The notes: generated by a model from the letters alone, not told the origin. Numbered from the stretch's first letter, positions 1 through 12,687 are shown. The stretch is 64,000 nt of DNA from Azolla caroliniana (GCA_043228905.1 JBHGNT010000018.1:13516001-13580000), one strand, 5' to 3'. Translations and numbers: made by a program.

Positions 1-1469
1 GAGGTTCGGTTCTGTTTACCGGCCAGGCAATCGGTGCACTTCTCCAGGTGCACATGCTTCACTGGGATAAGGTTGTCTTCTACAAGCCTCTTCATCCCTT
101 TCTCACTCATGTGGCACAGTCTCTTGTGCCACAGCTCACCGGCAGTGTCGGCTGCCACATTCAGCTCTTCCGGACATAACCAGGCATTCATCAGGTACAG
201 TGTGTTGACCTTCCGGGCCCGAGCCACTATCAGGTTCCCCTTGCTGAACTTCATGACACCGTTCCGGATGCTACCCGTGTAGCCTTCATCATCTAGCCTC
301 CCGGCCGAAATCAGGTTCAATCGAACCTCAGGAACGTGTCGGACATCCTTCAGCAGCATTTTGCATCCGGTCGGGGTTGTTAACCACACGTCTCCTATGC
401 CGGCAATTCGGCACGTGCCTTCGTTTCCCATCCGAACACAGCCATGCTCGTCGGCTGTGTAGGATGAGAAGTATCTTCTCTCCGGGGTCAGGTGGAACGA
501 TGCTCCGGAATCGACCACCCAGGTCGTCTCATCGCCGGCAATGTTTAGTTCACCTTCTTCGGTGATGAGCATGATCTCTTCCTCACTTGCCGCGAGTGCC
601 GTTGTTCCTTTCCGGTCCTGCCCTCGCCGATCCGAACCTCTCCGGTCCGTGGCTCCCCGGTATGCACCGTTTCTCTCCGGTGACTTCTTCGAATCGGTGT
701 CGTCGGCTCCGTTGTCCTTTCGGTAATGCCGACAATTCTTCCGGAAGTGCCCCGGCTTCCCACAGTGGAAGCACGTGGGCCTTCCTCTTGACTGCGACCG
801 GGTCCCCGACTTCTCCTGTCTTTGCGGACTCCGGTTCCAGTGTCTTCCCCGTTCCGATTCGGTAAGCAGCGCCTTCGAGTCGGAGGCCGGTTCTTTGTCT
901 CTCCGACGCGCTTCTTCGTTCAAAATACTTGTCTTTACCGTTTGTAGGGACAAGTTGTCTTCCGTGCAGGAGGTGCTGAGAGTCACCACCAAGTTCTCCC
1001 AGCTTTCCGGCAATGTACACATCAGGATGATGGCTTGCATTGCATCCTCCAACGGGAACTTGATCGCCGCAAGCTGATTCACGAATCCCATGAACGTGCT
1101 TACGTGTTCCACCATACTCTCGCCGTCCCGGTACTTGAGATTCACAATCTTCCTCATCAGGGAGGTCCGGTTCAACGCATTCTTCCTCTCGTAGAGGCCC
1201 GACAGCTTCTTCCACATCTCATATGCGTTGGTGTCGTTCGCCACATGTTGTAGGACGCTTACGTCGACATATTGTCGGATTGTCGCTACGGCTTTCCGGT
1301 TCAGGAGCTTCCACTCCGACTCAAGTACCCCTTTCGGTATTTCCGACCTGTCAATCGGTTCGTACAGGTCCCGAACAATCAGAAGATCCTCCATCTTGAT
1401 CTTCCAGTCGGCGTAATTTTGTGCATTCAGCACCATCATCATCGGCTGCCCGCTGCCGCCGCCTTCCAT
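1..1469 (-). CDS. Ty1/copia (Tork/Tnt1-like) gag-pol, 5' part: gag, zinc knuckle, protease, start of integrase; runs off the window edge
   Basis: Manual translation from ATG 1469 gives MEGGGSGQPMMMVLNAQNYADWKIKMEDLL, CFHCGKPGHFRKNC (CX2CX4HX4C), WVVDSGASFH and LWHKRLCHMSEKG...CTDC. No stop seen. It is missing from the ORF track because there is no stop codon inside the window. Confidence 0.93.
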   Translation of the reverse strand, partial: MEGGGSGQPMMMVLNAQNYADWKIKMEDLLIVRDLYEPIDRSEIPKGVLESEWKLLNRKAVATIRQYVDVSVLQHVANDTNAYEMWKKLSGLYERKNALNRTSLMRKIVNLKYRDGESMVEHVSTFMGFVNQLAAIKFPLEDAMQAIILMCTLPESWENLVVTLSTSCTEDNLSLQTVKTSILNEEARRRDKEPASDSKALLTESERGRHWNRSPQRQEKSGTRSQSRGRPTCFHCGKPGHFRKNCRHYRKDNGADDTDSKKSPERNGAYRGATDRRGSDRRGQDRKGTTALAASEEEIMLITEEGELNIAGDETTWVVDSGASFHLTPERRYFSSYTADEHGCVRMGNEGTCRIAGIGDVWLTTPTGCKMLLKDVRHVPEVRLNLISAGRLDDEGYTGSIRNGVMKFSKGNLIVARARKVNTLYLMNAWLCPEELNVAADTAGELWHKRLCHMSEKGMKRLVEDNLIPVKHVHLEKCTDCLAGKQNRT

Positions 1470-1483
1470 TTTCTGCAACAGTC

Positions 1484-1495
1484 GCTCTGATACCA
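1484..1495 (-). promoter_or_regulatory. Primer binding site (tRNA-iMet)
   Basis: TGGTATCAGAGC on the - strand, 3 nt from the LTR end. Confidence 0.93.
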
Positions 1496-1498
1496 GTT

Positions 1499-2293
1499 TG
1501 TAAGGAAATCACCGCTTGGATTCACCTTCTTCGCTCGGCCACAACCGATTAATCGCGGATCAATGTAGCAGAAAATAGGAAATACAGAGAAAGACGCGAT
1601 ACACAGAGATTAACGTGGAAAACCCTATACGGGAAAAACCACGGGAGTGCGAGACTCCGAACCAAAACTATGCACAGAGAAATATACAATGGCGAGCTGC
1701 AAGGCAACGACCTTGAGCTCGCTGTCCTCGCCACAGGCGGCGGAAGTACACAGAGGCGTCTACCTCTTCGTCTCTCTCGCGCTCTATCTCTCTCTCTCTC
1801 TCGGCTGCTCTCACTTCGCATGGAAAAATAAGCAACAACATAAACTGTTTGCCCTAAGTCATATTTATACATATATGACTTTCGGGCTATTTACAAATAT
1901 AGCCACAAGGGCTCTTAGCAAACATATTCACAAATATGTCCCCGCATCCGAATCTCTATCCGGGTACTCTTCATCCGGCTCCGTAACCGGGGTCTTCATC
2001 ATCCGGATCCGTATCCGGGTACTCTTCATCCGGCTCCGTAACCGGGGTCTTCATCATCCGGATCCGTATCCGGGTACTCTTCATCCGGCTCCATGCCGGG
2101 TACTCTTCATCCGGCTTCATGCCGGGTACTCTTCATCCGGCTCCATGCCGGGTACTCTTCATCCGGCTCCATGCCGGGTACTCTTCATCCGGCTTCATGC
2201 CGGGTACTCTTCATCATCCGGTTCCGTAACCGCAACCGGGCTTGCCGTCATTCATCTCCGGACATCCCATCCGGAGGGACCGAAATCCCAACA
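1499..2293 (-). mobile_element. 5' LTR of copia element A (~795 bp), inserted into the RT of copia element B
   Basis: TG...CA termini and an adjacent PBS. Host RT sequence (gtcaa-ccaccaggttttgaagat, QPPGFED) resumes at 2294. Confidence 0.88.
1958..2225. repeat. CCGG-rich minisatellite in LTR U3: two ~55-bp units then ~5.5 copies of 26-bp ccgggtactcttcatccggctYcatg
   Basis: Tandem copies visible directly in the sequence. Confidence 0.92.
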
Positions 2294-3498
2294 GTCAACC
2301 ACCAGGTTTTGAAGATAGGAAGCATCCAGATTATGTATGTAAGCTGAAAAAGGCTCTCTATGGACTGAAACAAGCACCAAGAGCATGGCACAGAGAACTC
2401 TCAGATTATCTGAAAAAACTTGACTTCAAAATGTCAAAGGATGATTCATCATTGTATGTTAAAAGGAAAGATGATTGTATTGTTGTGATTCTGATTTATG
2501 TTGATGATCTCATCATTGGAGGTGATTTCATGGATGAAATAAGTAAACTGAAATGAAATTTGGAAATGAAATTTCATATGAAAAATTTGGGAGATCTGAG
2601 ATATTTTTTGGGTATTGAAATCATCAGATCTGAAAATGTTATATATGTGTTACAAAGACAATATGCAACGACTATGTTGAAAAAGTATGGTATGCTTGGA
2701 TGCAAACCTATTGGAGTACCACTAGATAAAAACTGCAAATTAAGGGCTGATTTGGGAGCCAAAATAGAAGATGTAAACATGTACAGGTCTATGGTGGGCA
2801 ACCTTATTTATTTGACCATAACAAGACCTGATTTGAGTTATGCAGTTGGATTAGTCAACCCATTTATGCAACAACCAACAAAGCCACATTTGGACTGCAT
2901 TAGAAGAATTCTGAGGTATGTAAAAGCTACTCAAAACTATGGATTGTTTTACAGGTCTGATTTGGACATAAATCTGGAAGGATATACAGATGCTGATTGG
3001 GCTGGAAGCCAAACAAATAGAAGATCCACAAGTGGATATATGTTTACATTGGGAAGTGCAGGTATTTCATGGAGTAGCAAGAAACAAGCTACTGTTGCAT
3101 TGTCTAGTACTGAAGCTGAGTACAGAGGAGCTGCCATAGCCACTTGTGAAGAGGTATGGATCAGAAGATTGCTTGCTGATTTGGGAGAGTATATAGATGG
3201 TATTGTCACAATCTGGTGTGACAATATGAGCAGTATTCAACTTGCAAAAAACCCAGTGTTCCATGCAAGAACAAAGCACATTGAAGTACATTATCACTTT
3301 GTTAGAGAAAAAGTGATTGAAGGAGAAGTTGATCTGGTGTATGTGAATACAAATCAGCAGGTTGCTGATATTCTCACAAAGGGATTGAGTGTGGAAAAGC
3401 ATACACAGTTTCGGAACATGATGGGAGTTGTAGACACTGATATGATGGCTGAAAAGCATCATGGAAAAGAAGTGGTAGATAACCCCAAGAAAGGATAA
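2294..3498 (+). pseudogene. Copia element B pol: RT C-terminal half and RNase H, one in-frame stop (2554-2556)
   Basis: Motifs [51 protein letters not shown] and ADILTKGL. Confidence 0.95.
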
Positions 3499-3501
3499 GT
3501 T

Positions 3502-3516
3502 GAGCTTGAGGGGGAG
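3502..3516 (+). promoter_or_regulatory. Polypurine tract of element B
   Basis: GAGCTTGAGGGGGAG immediately before TGTTGAG. Confidence 0.85.
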
Positions 3517-4037
3517 TGTTGAGAAGCAAGCTCAACATGGGATGTGATCCTTATTAGGAAATAAGCTATAGTAGCTATTTAGCTACTTGCGAACATAAAG
3601 GAGAAACAACTAATTAGCTACTAACAGCTAATTAGCTACTGACAACTATTTAGCGAATGACAGCTAATTAGCTACTGACAGCTATTTAGCGACTGACAGC
3701 TAATTAGCTACAGGTAGCTAATTAGCTGCATACGTAAGTAACTTATTACTTAGGTAAAAAGTAAGAGAGTAGGTAAGTAAGAAAATATACAGGAAGTAGA
3801 ACTTTGAGAGAGAGAGTTAGGATAGAGAGGAAGAACTCAGAGAGTGAGAGTAGAAGAGAGAAACAGACGAGAGCAAGTAGAGCTCTGCGTGTAATGAAAT
3901 AGAAGAAGTGTTGGCTGCTACAGAGGTAAGTCTCCTTCCCCCTTCCCTTCTGTGTTTGAGCACAAAACGATCCAGCACACCATGATCCGCCGCGCACATA
4001 AGAAGAGCCCGAGTGCCTTCTTCACGTTTTCTTAACA
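3517..4037 (+). mobile_element. 3' LTR of copia element B, containing AGCTAATTAGCT repeats
   Basis: TGTTG...TAACA termini. Homologous to the split LTR at 40636-40804 plus 52057-52325. Confidence 0.82.
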
Positions 4038-4199
4038 CTTCACACATCAATATACATAGCAGAATACCATTCCTAAATTACGCAGCAAATTACCACACTA
4101 TAAATATGTCTAAACAACAATACTAAATGAACAAGAAAACAACTTTTCAACATAACAGCACTAAGTCAAGCATCCCCCTTTCCAACAAGAAGAAGAAGA

Positions 4200-5045
4200 A
4201 GCAAAGCAGATTCAAGCATATCTCGACCCTCAAATGAACACTACACAAAAACAATAACACCACCACCAACAACAAGAACATGACATAATAGTCTAGTCCA
4301 AAAATAACAAATCATATACTAGTCATCACAGAATTACAAAATCTCGACTCACAAATGAACACTGAGAAAAAAAAAACAAGAATTGCAACAAAATGAACAA
4401 AAACAACAAGAACACGACATAGTAGTCCAGATCAAGAACAAAGCACTTCTTGGACATGTCATTTCCAAGCCTCAACAAGTGCAAGATTCATATCTCAGCT
4501 CTTGGATGAACACTGGAGAAAACAACAAGAACAAGAACAAGAACAATAGATCGAACAAGAGCAAGAACATCACCAAAAATACTCAACAAGAACATGTTGA
4601 GGAACATAACATATACATAGGACCATATCATCATAGCACCCCTTTCCATATGTGAACATGTACTACACTCAACCATATATATGTTACAAGACTCTCAAAT
4701 GAACACATTTGTTAAACAAGACAACAAATATACTCAACAAGAACATGTTGAGGAAGATAACATATAAATAACATCATATCATCATAATGCCCCCTTACCA
4801 TATGTGAAAATGTACAAGACTCTCCAATGAACACTTTTGAAAAACAAGACAAATGAAGAACATGAACAACAACAAGAACATGTTGAGGAAGATAATATAT
4901 AAATAGCATCACATATACATAGCACCCCGTTACCATAATGAGCATGTACAAGACTCAAGCATATTTCTATACAAGACTCTCAAATGAACACATTTGAAAA
5001 ACTAGACATAACAAGAACATTTACAAACAAAATCAACAAGAATAT
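4200..5045. repeat. Degenerate A/C-rich repeat region of unknown origin
   Basis: Recurring imperfect blocks such as caagactctcaaatgaacac, aacaagaacatgttgaggaagataac and gcaccccttaccatatgtgaacatg. Confidence 0.5.
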
Positions 5046-5499
5046 ACCTCTTGCCGAATAGTTGAAGCTTCTCAATGAATATGTGGTAGAGTTACAAGTT
5101 ATTTGCCAACAACTTGTTGTAGATCGATCTTGTGGCAAAACCTACAATAGGAGGAGACCTAGACGTTGTGTTGTTTGAAGAGGTTGTTGCATGTTTGTTG
5201 TAGAGGGGTCATAACAAGGACATCGAGTAGAGATGGTATGAACACAACGAGCAGAGGGGACAGAGTGAGCAAAGAATGCCTGATACACCGTAGAGGGGTC
5301 ACAATAATAACAAAGAGCAGAGAATGCATGTTCGCTGGAGATGGCTCACAACAACAACAAAGAGTAGAGAACTCTTGTTTGCTCTCGATGATGTGATGCA
5401 ACAAGCACCAACAAGCAGAGATGGTGGGGACATAGTGAGCACAGAGCGCCTTGAGGTTGTAGAAGAGTCAAAGAGAACATAGAACGCGGTTGCCTGGAG

Positions 5500-6037
5500 G
5501 TGCTGCATCCTTGAGATATGTGGCATGAAAGATTCTTGTGAATCAAGTTGGAAACTTCTTGTACGAGCATTCATGTCACCAAAGACAATAACTTCCCCTT
5601 TGGATTTGAAATAAGCAATATCATCTTCTAGATTGGCAAACGGTTGATCTTTATCCAAACAAGCATAAAAGTTAGAATCTTGATGAGGAATGTAACATCC
5701 AACTACAAAAGTGGGCAAATCATTAGGTGTTTCTATTTTGAGCCATATGTAGCATTTATTTTCATCATTTTTTATGATTGACACATATTTATTTATTTCC
5801 TTCTTAATCAAACATGCCACCCCTCCTTGTCCTCTTCTTTTTCTTCCATATCAAAGAGTGTACATTATAGTTTCCTAAACCTTGAATCCTTTGAGTATCA
5901 TGCTCCCATGTTTCAACAAGAAGTGTGATATCCGAGTCATCGGTGAACTCCTCTATGCCAAATCCCGCATTCCATGGGTATCCATTGCAATTCCAAAAGC
6001 ATAGTCGTAAAAGGCGTGGGTTAGTCTCATAGATCAT
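5500..6037 (-). pseudogene. LINE ORF2 AP-endonuclease domain, frameshifted and truncated before RT
   Basis: Motifs FWNCNG, LLVETW, RGG/VACLIK, VGCYIPH and VFGDMNART. Confidence 0.88.
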
Positions 6038-6043
6038 GTGTCC

Positions 6044-6905
6044 CTATTTGCCTAAATTTCCATCTTTAGGCACATCCTTAACCTTATTTTTCAATCTTTC
6101 TTCATGTGCTTTACGACGAGCATTTTGTTGTGAGATAGTACGATCTTCACTCACAAAGCATTGTGTACCTTTAAGGTATACCCAACTATTTTCGAGTATG
6201 ATCCGCCACTTTGTATCATCTGTCATTGTGCATACAATAGGCCTTTCGAGTAACACCATGTTTCCCAACTCGGTGTGCCCCATATACATTCACATCTGAC
6301 ATCCCATAATGCATGCTAAAAAATTCACCAATGGCCTTTCCAAGGGATGCGGGTGTTTCCATACTCTCTTCTTTAATCCCACGGACGATAATGTTCTTTG
6401 ATCGTCGTTCACCTTCTTTCAATTCTCGGACATCTATGCTTTCTATATTCTTCTCTTGATGCATCACATGCATATTAGATGAGTTTGATAGCACATCCCC
6501 ACCACATACATCGGCCCATGACTTCGTTGTACATACATTTTTCATCTCACTTACATCCCATCTCATCGTGTCCAATTTTTCTTCTTTTAATGCTTCCCTT
6601 AACTCAATCTTGTTAAGACACTCATTTGTTTCAAAAGAAGCTCTTTTACATTCTTGAATCTCTTCTTGAAGTTTTGCAACCACTTGTTTAAGAATTCCAT
6701 TCTCAATGACAACACTTTGGAGCCTAGCATTCTCTTTCATTAACGTCCTAATCTCTTCACCTTGTTTGTTTATGGTTTCTTGAAGAGAAATCAAGTGACT
6801 CATAAGCATTTTGTCCATTGCATTAGAATCAAGATTTGTTGGTGATCTCGGCTCATTATCAATCATACCCCCGAACATTGCAACGGTTTTACGAGTATTT
6901 GCCAT
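6044..6905 (-). pseudogene. LINE ORF1 (coiled coil plus RRM-like region; RTEX/L2/CR1-like type), frameshifted
   Basis: Motifs ERRSKNIIVRGIKE, AHRVGK, RPIVC and LKGTQCFVSEDRT. ORF2 ATG follows 7 nt after the ORF1 stop. Confidence 0.82.
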
Positions 6906-7168
6906 TGTAGGGACAAACCCTACGAGAAGAGAGAGAAAAAAAGGGAAGGACAGAGAATGTACCTTTCACTCGATTTAGGGCTTCAAAATCTACCTTTCAT
7001 TTGAGGAACCGTGGGGCAAACATGGCTGCGGATGAAAATGCTCATAACTTCTCGCCACGGTAATGGAATTCAGTAAATGAACATTCTTTAGAAAGCTCTC
7101 TCAAAGAGCTTTCCAACGAGATATAGAACGTAGAAAACAATGGCTGGAGTGAACTTACAGAGAGCTTT

Positions 7169-7171
<3 letters not shown>

Positions 7172-7232
<61 letters not shown>
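7172..7232. repeat. (GA)n microsatellite, about 30 units
   Basis: Seen directly. Confidence 0.98.
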
Positions 7233-7234
<2 letters not shown>

Positions 7235-8238
7235 CACTCACTCATTCACCTTCAACAATTAAAGACTCTGTATAAGTTTACCTCGACATATACACCTTCA
7301 ACATCAACTGGAATTTATTACACAAGGGACACTTGGACAGAGACGTAACACTAGAAGGATGTGTGGATTTATTGTGCTTTTAAAATTTGAACCCGTTGAA
7401 TGTGACTTTTATTTTTTTAATCGGTGATGATAAACTTTTTAGTCATTTTTATTGGATTTATTATAAATTATAGTTTTATTCTCTTAATCGAAATAGTACT
7501 AAAATTTTGGCCAAAAGTTGGTACACCATAGCTTGCTTTCACCCAAATACGTTAAATACGTTTTCTTAATATGTTAAATACTTATAAAATACGTATAGTA
7601 CGTTAAATACTTCTAGAATTTGAAAATTATTTACCTTTCTAAAAAATATCTATAATATTGTAAAAAACATCTATGTTTACACAATTTTGTGATGTACAAT
7701 ATAGTTCTACATCCTAAAATGCATATAAGACATTTGAACATTTCACATACTAAAATACTTGTAGTAATATGGATGTCGACATTCCCTTATTCTATAAATT
7801 AGTGTAAGTGTGTATCACGATGTTCTACTTCAAATTGTAATTATTTACAATTATGCCTTCATAGATTGAGGAATCGTCTACGATTATCACACTCATGATA
7901 GGTTTCTCTTTTATTCTTCTTCTTCTTCTATCTTCTACAATTATCACACTCAAGATAGGTTTATGTCTTCTTTTCTCTCTTCTTCTTCTTCTTTCTTCCT
8001 TCCTTTGGCTTCTTTTTCACTAAAATCTTTTTTTTCTTTTGCTTTTTGTTAGGGTTTCACTTACATTTTCTTTATAAATATGTATTATACCTGTTTTTTT
8101 ATAAATACGTTAAATACCGTATTGGACAAATGTACATGATATTTGACTGAACAACATTGAGGTATAGTACGTACTATACAAATGATGAGGTACTATACGT
8201 ATTTAAACGTTAAATACGGGTACGCAAACAAACATGGA

Positions 8239-10903
8239 CTCTGGTCTGACTTTGCCAAATGAACAATGAGGAGTTTGAATTTGACGGATTAAACCCCATC
8301 CTACACAATCTCTACGTGATCTTCGCATTCCAAGCACGTGGGGCTTGCTTGAGTCCATACAACGACATCCTCAATCAACAAACTTTCTATGTGTTCCGTT
8401 CGGATAGAAATCCGGGTGGTTGTACCATGTACACTTGTTCCTCAAGATCGCCTTGCAGAAACGCATTCTTTACATCCATCTGATGTAAATGCCACCCCTT
8501 TGCCACTGCTACCATCAACAATACACGAATAGTTGTCATCTTCGCAACTGGCGTGAAGGTCTCATCGTAATCGATGTTGTGTTTCTGCGCATAGCCTTTG
8601 GCCACCAATCGGGACTTGTACCGGTTGATAGAGCCATAAGTGTTGTACTTGACTTTTTACACCCACTTACATCCGATCGACTTTACACCCTTGGGTACGT
8701 CAACCAGGTCCCAAGTCTCATTCTCCATTAACGCTCGCATCTCTTCCTCCATTAACGCTCACATCTCTTCCTCCATAATGGCATGCCAATTTGCGTCGTT
8801 GACCGCTTCTGCGTAGCTCTCCGACTCACGCACCTCTGCCATGTTCGCCATATACGCATAATGATGCACCATATACTCATTGTACCCATACCAAATTACA
8901 GGTGGTTCTTCTGGCGGGTGGATCAACACTTGCGTCACCGATTTCATGGTCCTCTCGGCCGATTCGACCTCCGTCTTTGCTCTTGGCCACATCGGATTCG
9001 CTTTGATCCGATGTATCGTCCACTGTGCCATACTCCGACATCTTCATCTTCCCCTTTTCCTTGCACGTTGTTAGGGTATTTGGCATGTATTTGTCGGATA
9101 GGGGCAAGACCACCGGGGTCTCGAACCAAGGATTCAGTGAAGAGAGAAAAGTGGGTGAGCATATAGGAACTATCCGGCCGGTTGCTAGATTTTGGATAGA
9201 AGAGTGCACGACCCCCCAAGACATAACCGATCCAGGCCTATCGCCGGATCCGACTCGATGAGCACACAGACTCACTGGATTAGAGAGAGAGAGAGACACA
9301 CACACACACACACACGATGATGCTGGGAGGAAGCGATACCTCCTAGTGACAGTGGACAAGGTCTGTATTGGGAATACAACACACGAGAAGAGTAGAGACT
9401 CAGAAGACGCCCAAGATATAGTAAACAACGATGATTAACAGAGCATAATAGAGAGAGAAAATACAACCAGAGTTGGCCGACGACAGAGCTTCAAGCTCTG
9501 CACACACATATACACACAGAGAGAACGACGAGCCTCTAGTCGGGAGGACACGGGTTTCCTATGCGAGCAGAGGTCTCACCTTCCTTCTGAATCAGTGCAG
9601 ATGGAAACAGGGAGGAAGACAGAGCTCCAGATCTCAAATTGACAACAATTCTCACTCCAAAGCGATGGATACCCACAATACTTCAAAGCCTCCCCTTTTA
9701 TAGCACAAGGGGAGGCCGTTACATCACGTTAAAGATAGTTGATTTTGTTAGAGATTCTCCCCTCGTTTTCCTCCCTACACTCCTTTCATTCTTCTCTTTT
9801 CATGGGTCATTAAAGTACCCATCCGAATCACACATCCTAGTACTTACTAGTCCTAGAATATTTACAATGTTGATATGTACATAAGGCCTCGTTCGTGTGC
9901 CCCCTTTTGACACCCCTAATCACGCGCATCCGGAATCCTTTATGACAGCGTAAACCGTCTCCTCGGTTTCTAGCGCGGTGATTGCACGACCGAGCCTCCA
10001 CTACTCTCTGACTCATCTTCCGACTAGTCGTTCCGACTCAGTCTATTACGGGCATGCCCATATAAAATTCCTTGGTGAGAATTTACCGTAGTATTCTCAC
10101 CACGGGATATTATATGGTCACGCTCGTAACACAGTCCCTCATTCGGCCCACTTAGCCGAAATGAGATCGAGCTCTCCTCTAAAACTCCAATTTCTTCTCC
10201 ATCCAGGGGCATATCGGCCTCACTGGCCTCATCTTCAGAATTCAAAATGGAGTTGAGAGGGGTTGGAGATGGAGGCAAGTACCACGAAGCCAATTCGTTG
10301 AACACGACATCTCGGCTTACTCTAACCTCCTTCATTCGGGGATTATAACACTTATAACCCTTTTTGCTCATTTGAATAGCCGACCAAGATCTCGGCTTTG
10401 GTGTCTTGCTTCCTCCTCTTCTCCTTCGGCACATGCACATATGCTATGTTGCGGAGCACCCTCAATTGTGCCAAGTTTAACTTCTTCCTGAAGAACAACT
10501 CATGTGGCAACACTCCTCCATTTGTAAATGTCTGATTCTGTAGGTACACAACGGTTCAGACCGCTTCGGCCTAATAGAACTTTGGCATATGCTTCTCCTC
10601 GAGCATTGCCCTGGCCACTTCCTCTATCATCCGAAAAGTACTATTTTCCGCCATTGGTCCTGAGAATTCTTCTCGAATTCCCTCCTTCTGCAGATAGCTA
10701 GAGAACTAGTTGTAACAATACTCATTTCCGCCATCAGTCCTGAGGCATTTGATCTTTCAGCCTATCTCTTGTTCGGTAATGCTCTTCAGCTTTAAGAAGC
10801 AGGAGAAGACTTCTCTCTTCTTCTTGATCAGGCATGCCCAAGTATGCCGAGTGCAGTCATCGATGAAGGTTATAAAGTAACGACTTCCACCGATACTCAC
10901 GTT
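8239..10903 (-). mobile_element. Decayed copia fragment (integrase to RT), family D, interrupted by a solo LTR
   Basis: Motifs FITFIDDCTRHTW, KGYKCYNP...SRDVVF, AKGYAQ...ETFTPVAK and [12 protein letters not shown]. Confidence 0.9.
9069..10131 (-). mobile_element. Solo gypsy-type LTR related to the LTRs at 12688-13485 and 27597-28165
   Basis: TGTTA...TAACA termini. Shares the tataaaaggggaggct TATA block and the gagaccc...ggtcttgcc end block. Flanks do not match. Confidence 0.7.
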
Positions 10904-11415
10904 TGTTACCGTACAAGATGTACGAAGATTTGAGAATGACAAGTGAGGGTGAAAGAGTAAAGTGTTGATGTGTATGTGTAAATGTGCATAAGTGTAATTC
11001 TGAGTGTGATTAGATACGTATGTGAACACATGCACACATGTGTGCAAGTGGACAGATAAGAAGAGGTGTGAGTGAGTGATTAGTGTGAATGTCCAAGGGG
11101 GCTTGCACCCCTATGCATCTACCCCTTTTGTAACTATTTAACCCACTCTTGGGGAATGATGAAAATGAACAAGTTCTCTCTCTCTCTCCCTCCCTCTCTC
11201 TCTTTGACACCTTTTCTCTTCTCTCTCCCTCACTCACGTTGAACCTCCTTGGGGGGGGTGGAGCCATTCTAGGCACCACCCCCCACCCCGCAATGCTTAT
11301 CAATCTTGCCATCACATCGTTCATCATCACTAGCATCAACATCGCTAACCCTATTCCTATCTTTATCATCATTATCATTAACCCTAACCCAAAACCTACA
11401 ACACTATTTTACATT

Positions 11416-12687
11416 CGGACTGCCAGGCTAAGTTTGAATCCTACCAAGTGTACATTTGGAGTCACAAATGGAGCGTTGCTGGGCAACATTGTTAGTAAGG
11501 AAGGGATTGTTGTGGATCTGGACAAAGTAAAGATGATTTTACAAGCACCGGCACCAACAAAGGCAAAGGCATTAAGCTGATTTCTCGGACAAATCTAGTG
11601 GCATAGTCGGATGCTCTAGTATTTAGTAGACTTTGCCACACCACTACATGCTGTGGTGCACTGGTTGCCATTCGATGGACGGAGCATGAGGAAAAGACGT
11701 ATCAAGCGCTAAAGGTAATGTTGTCACAAGCGCCAATAGTGTAGCCACATGACTAGACGAATTATTTCCATGTGTTTGTCGACGCGTCAGATGCGGTAAT
11801 AGGGAGTGTATTGATGCAACTCACGGAGCCAAAATGGTTCCAGCCGGTATATTACATGAGCCGGAAGCTCTCGAAGGTCGAAAGAAATTATTCCACAATG
11901 GGATGAGAAGCACTATGCATGGTATATAGCGTGACAAAGTACCATCGCTACTTGTTAGGTTGGAAGTTTTCGTTCCACGTTGATCATTTGGTGCTAGTAT
12001 ATCTGGTGTCCAAAGCTTGACTTACCGGTAAACTAGCCATATGAACCTTGCTTCTACAAGAATTTTAGTTTGACATATACCATAGGCTTAGATTTCAACA
12101 TGTCGTGGCGGATTGTTTAAGCCGGTTCGAGTCCCGAGAATCCAATGATGGAGTCCGGGATGAAATTCCGGATGCACAATTGCTCAAAAACACCGCAGAA
12201 GAGATGACAGATGAGTCGGTACCAGTGGAAGACAAATGGATGATAGACATGCACCAATTTCTAAGTAGCGGACTACCACCAGAGGTGATGAACCGGGACG
12301 AACATAAGCAATTAACGGTGAAGAGCAAACATTTCTACCTCGTATAAGACACACTCTACCACAAAGGAACCGACAGATGGAATAGTTGGAGGCCATTATG
12401 CCAGAGAGTCAACGGCCTGGAAAATTTGGCGCAACACTTTGTGGTGGCCGACCACCTTAAAAGACTCCATCCCGTAATACAAAGAGTGTGATTTGTGCCA
12501 GAGAATGGGCAAACTGACAGAGTAGGATCGAATGCCACACTAGCCGGTATTACCATTGGAACCATTTCAGAAGTAGGGGTTGGATTTTATCGAACCGTTC
12601 AAGCCACTAGCATCACAGACTAGAAACATGTATATCATAGTGGCAACGGACTACTGTATGAAATTGGTTGAGGGAAAGGCATTATGG
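11416..12687 (+). pseudogene. Gypsy (Athila/Tat-like) RT-RNaseH-integrase fragment with many stops
   Basis: RLSLNPTKCTFGV, FHVFVDAS and LPLEPFQK. Same family as 56340-60300. Confidence 0.88.

Noticed and set aside
1647-2312. 221-aa ORF
   Set aside because: It lies antisense within an LTR and is made largely of the 26-bp minisatellite.
7526-8238. Possible MITE or non-autonomous hAT with aaatacgttaaatac subterminal repeats
   Set aside because: The inverted ends are only weakly similar and no TSD was found.
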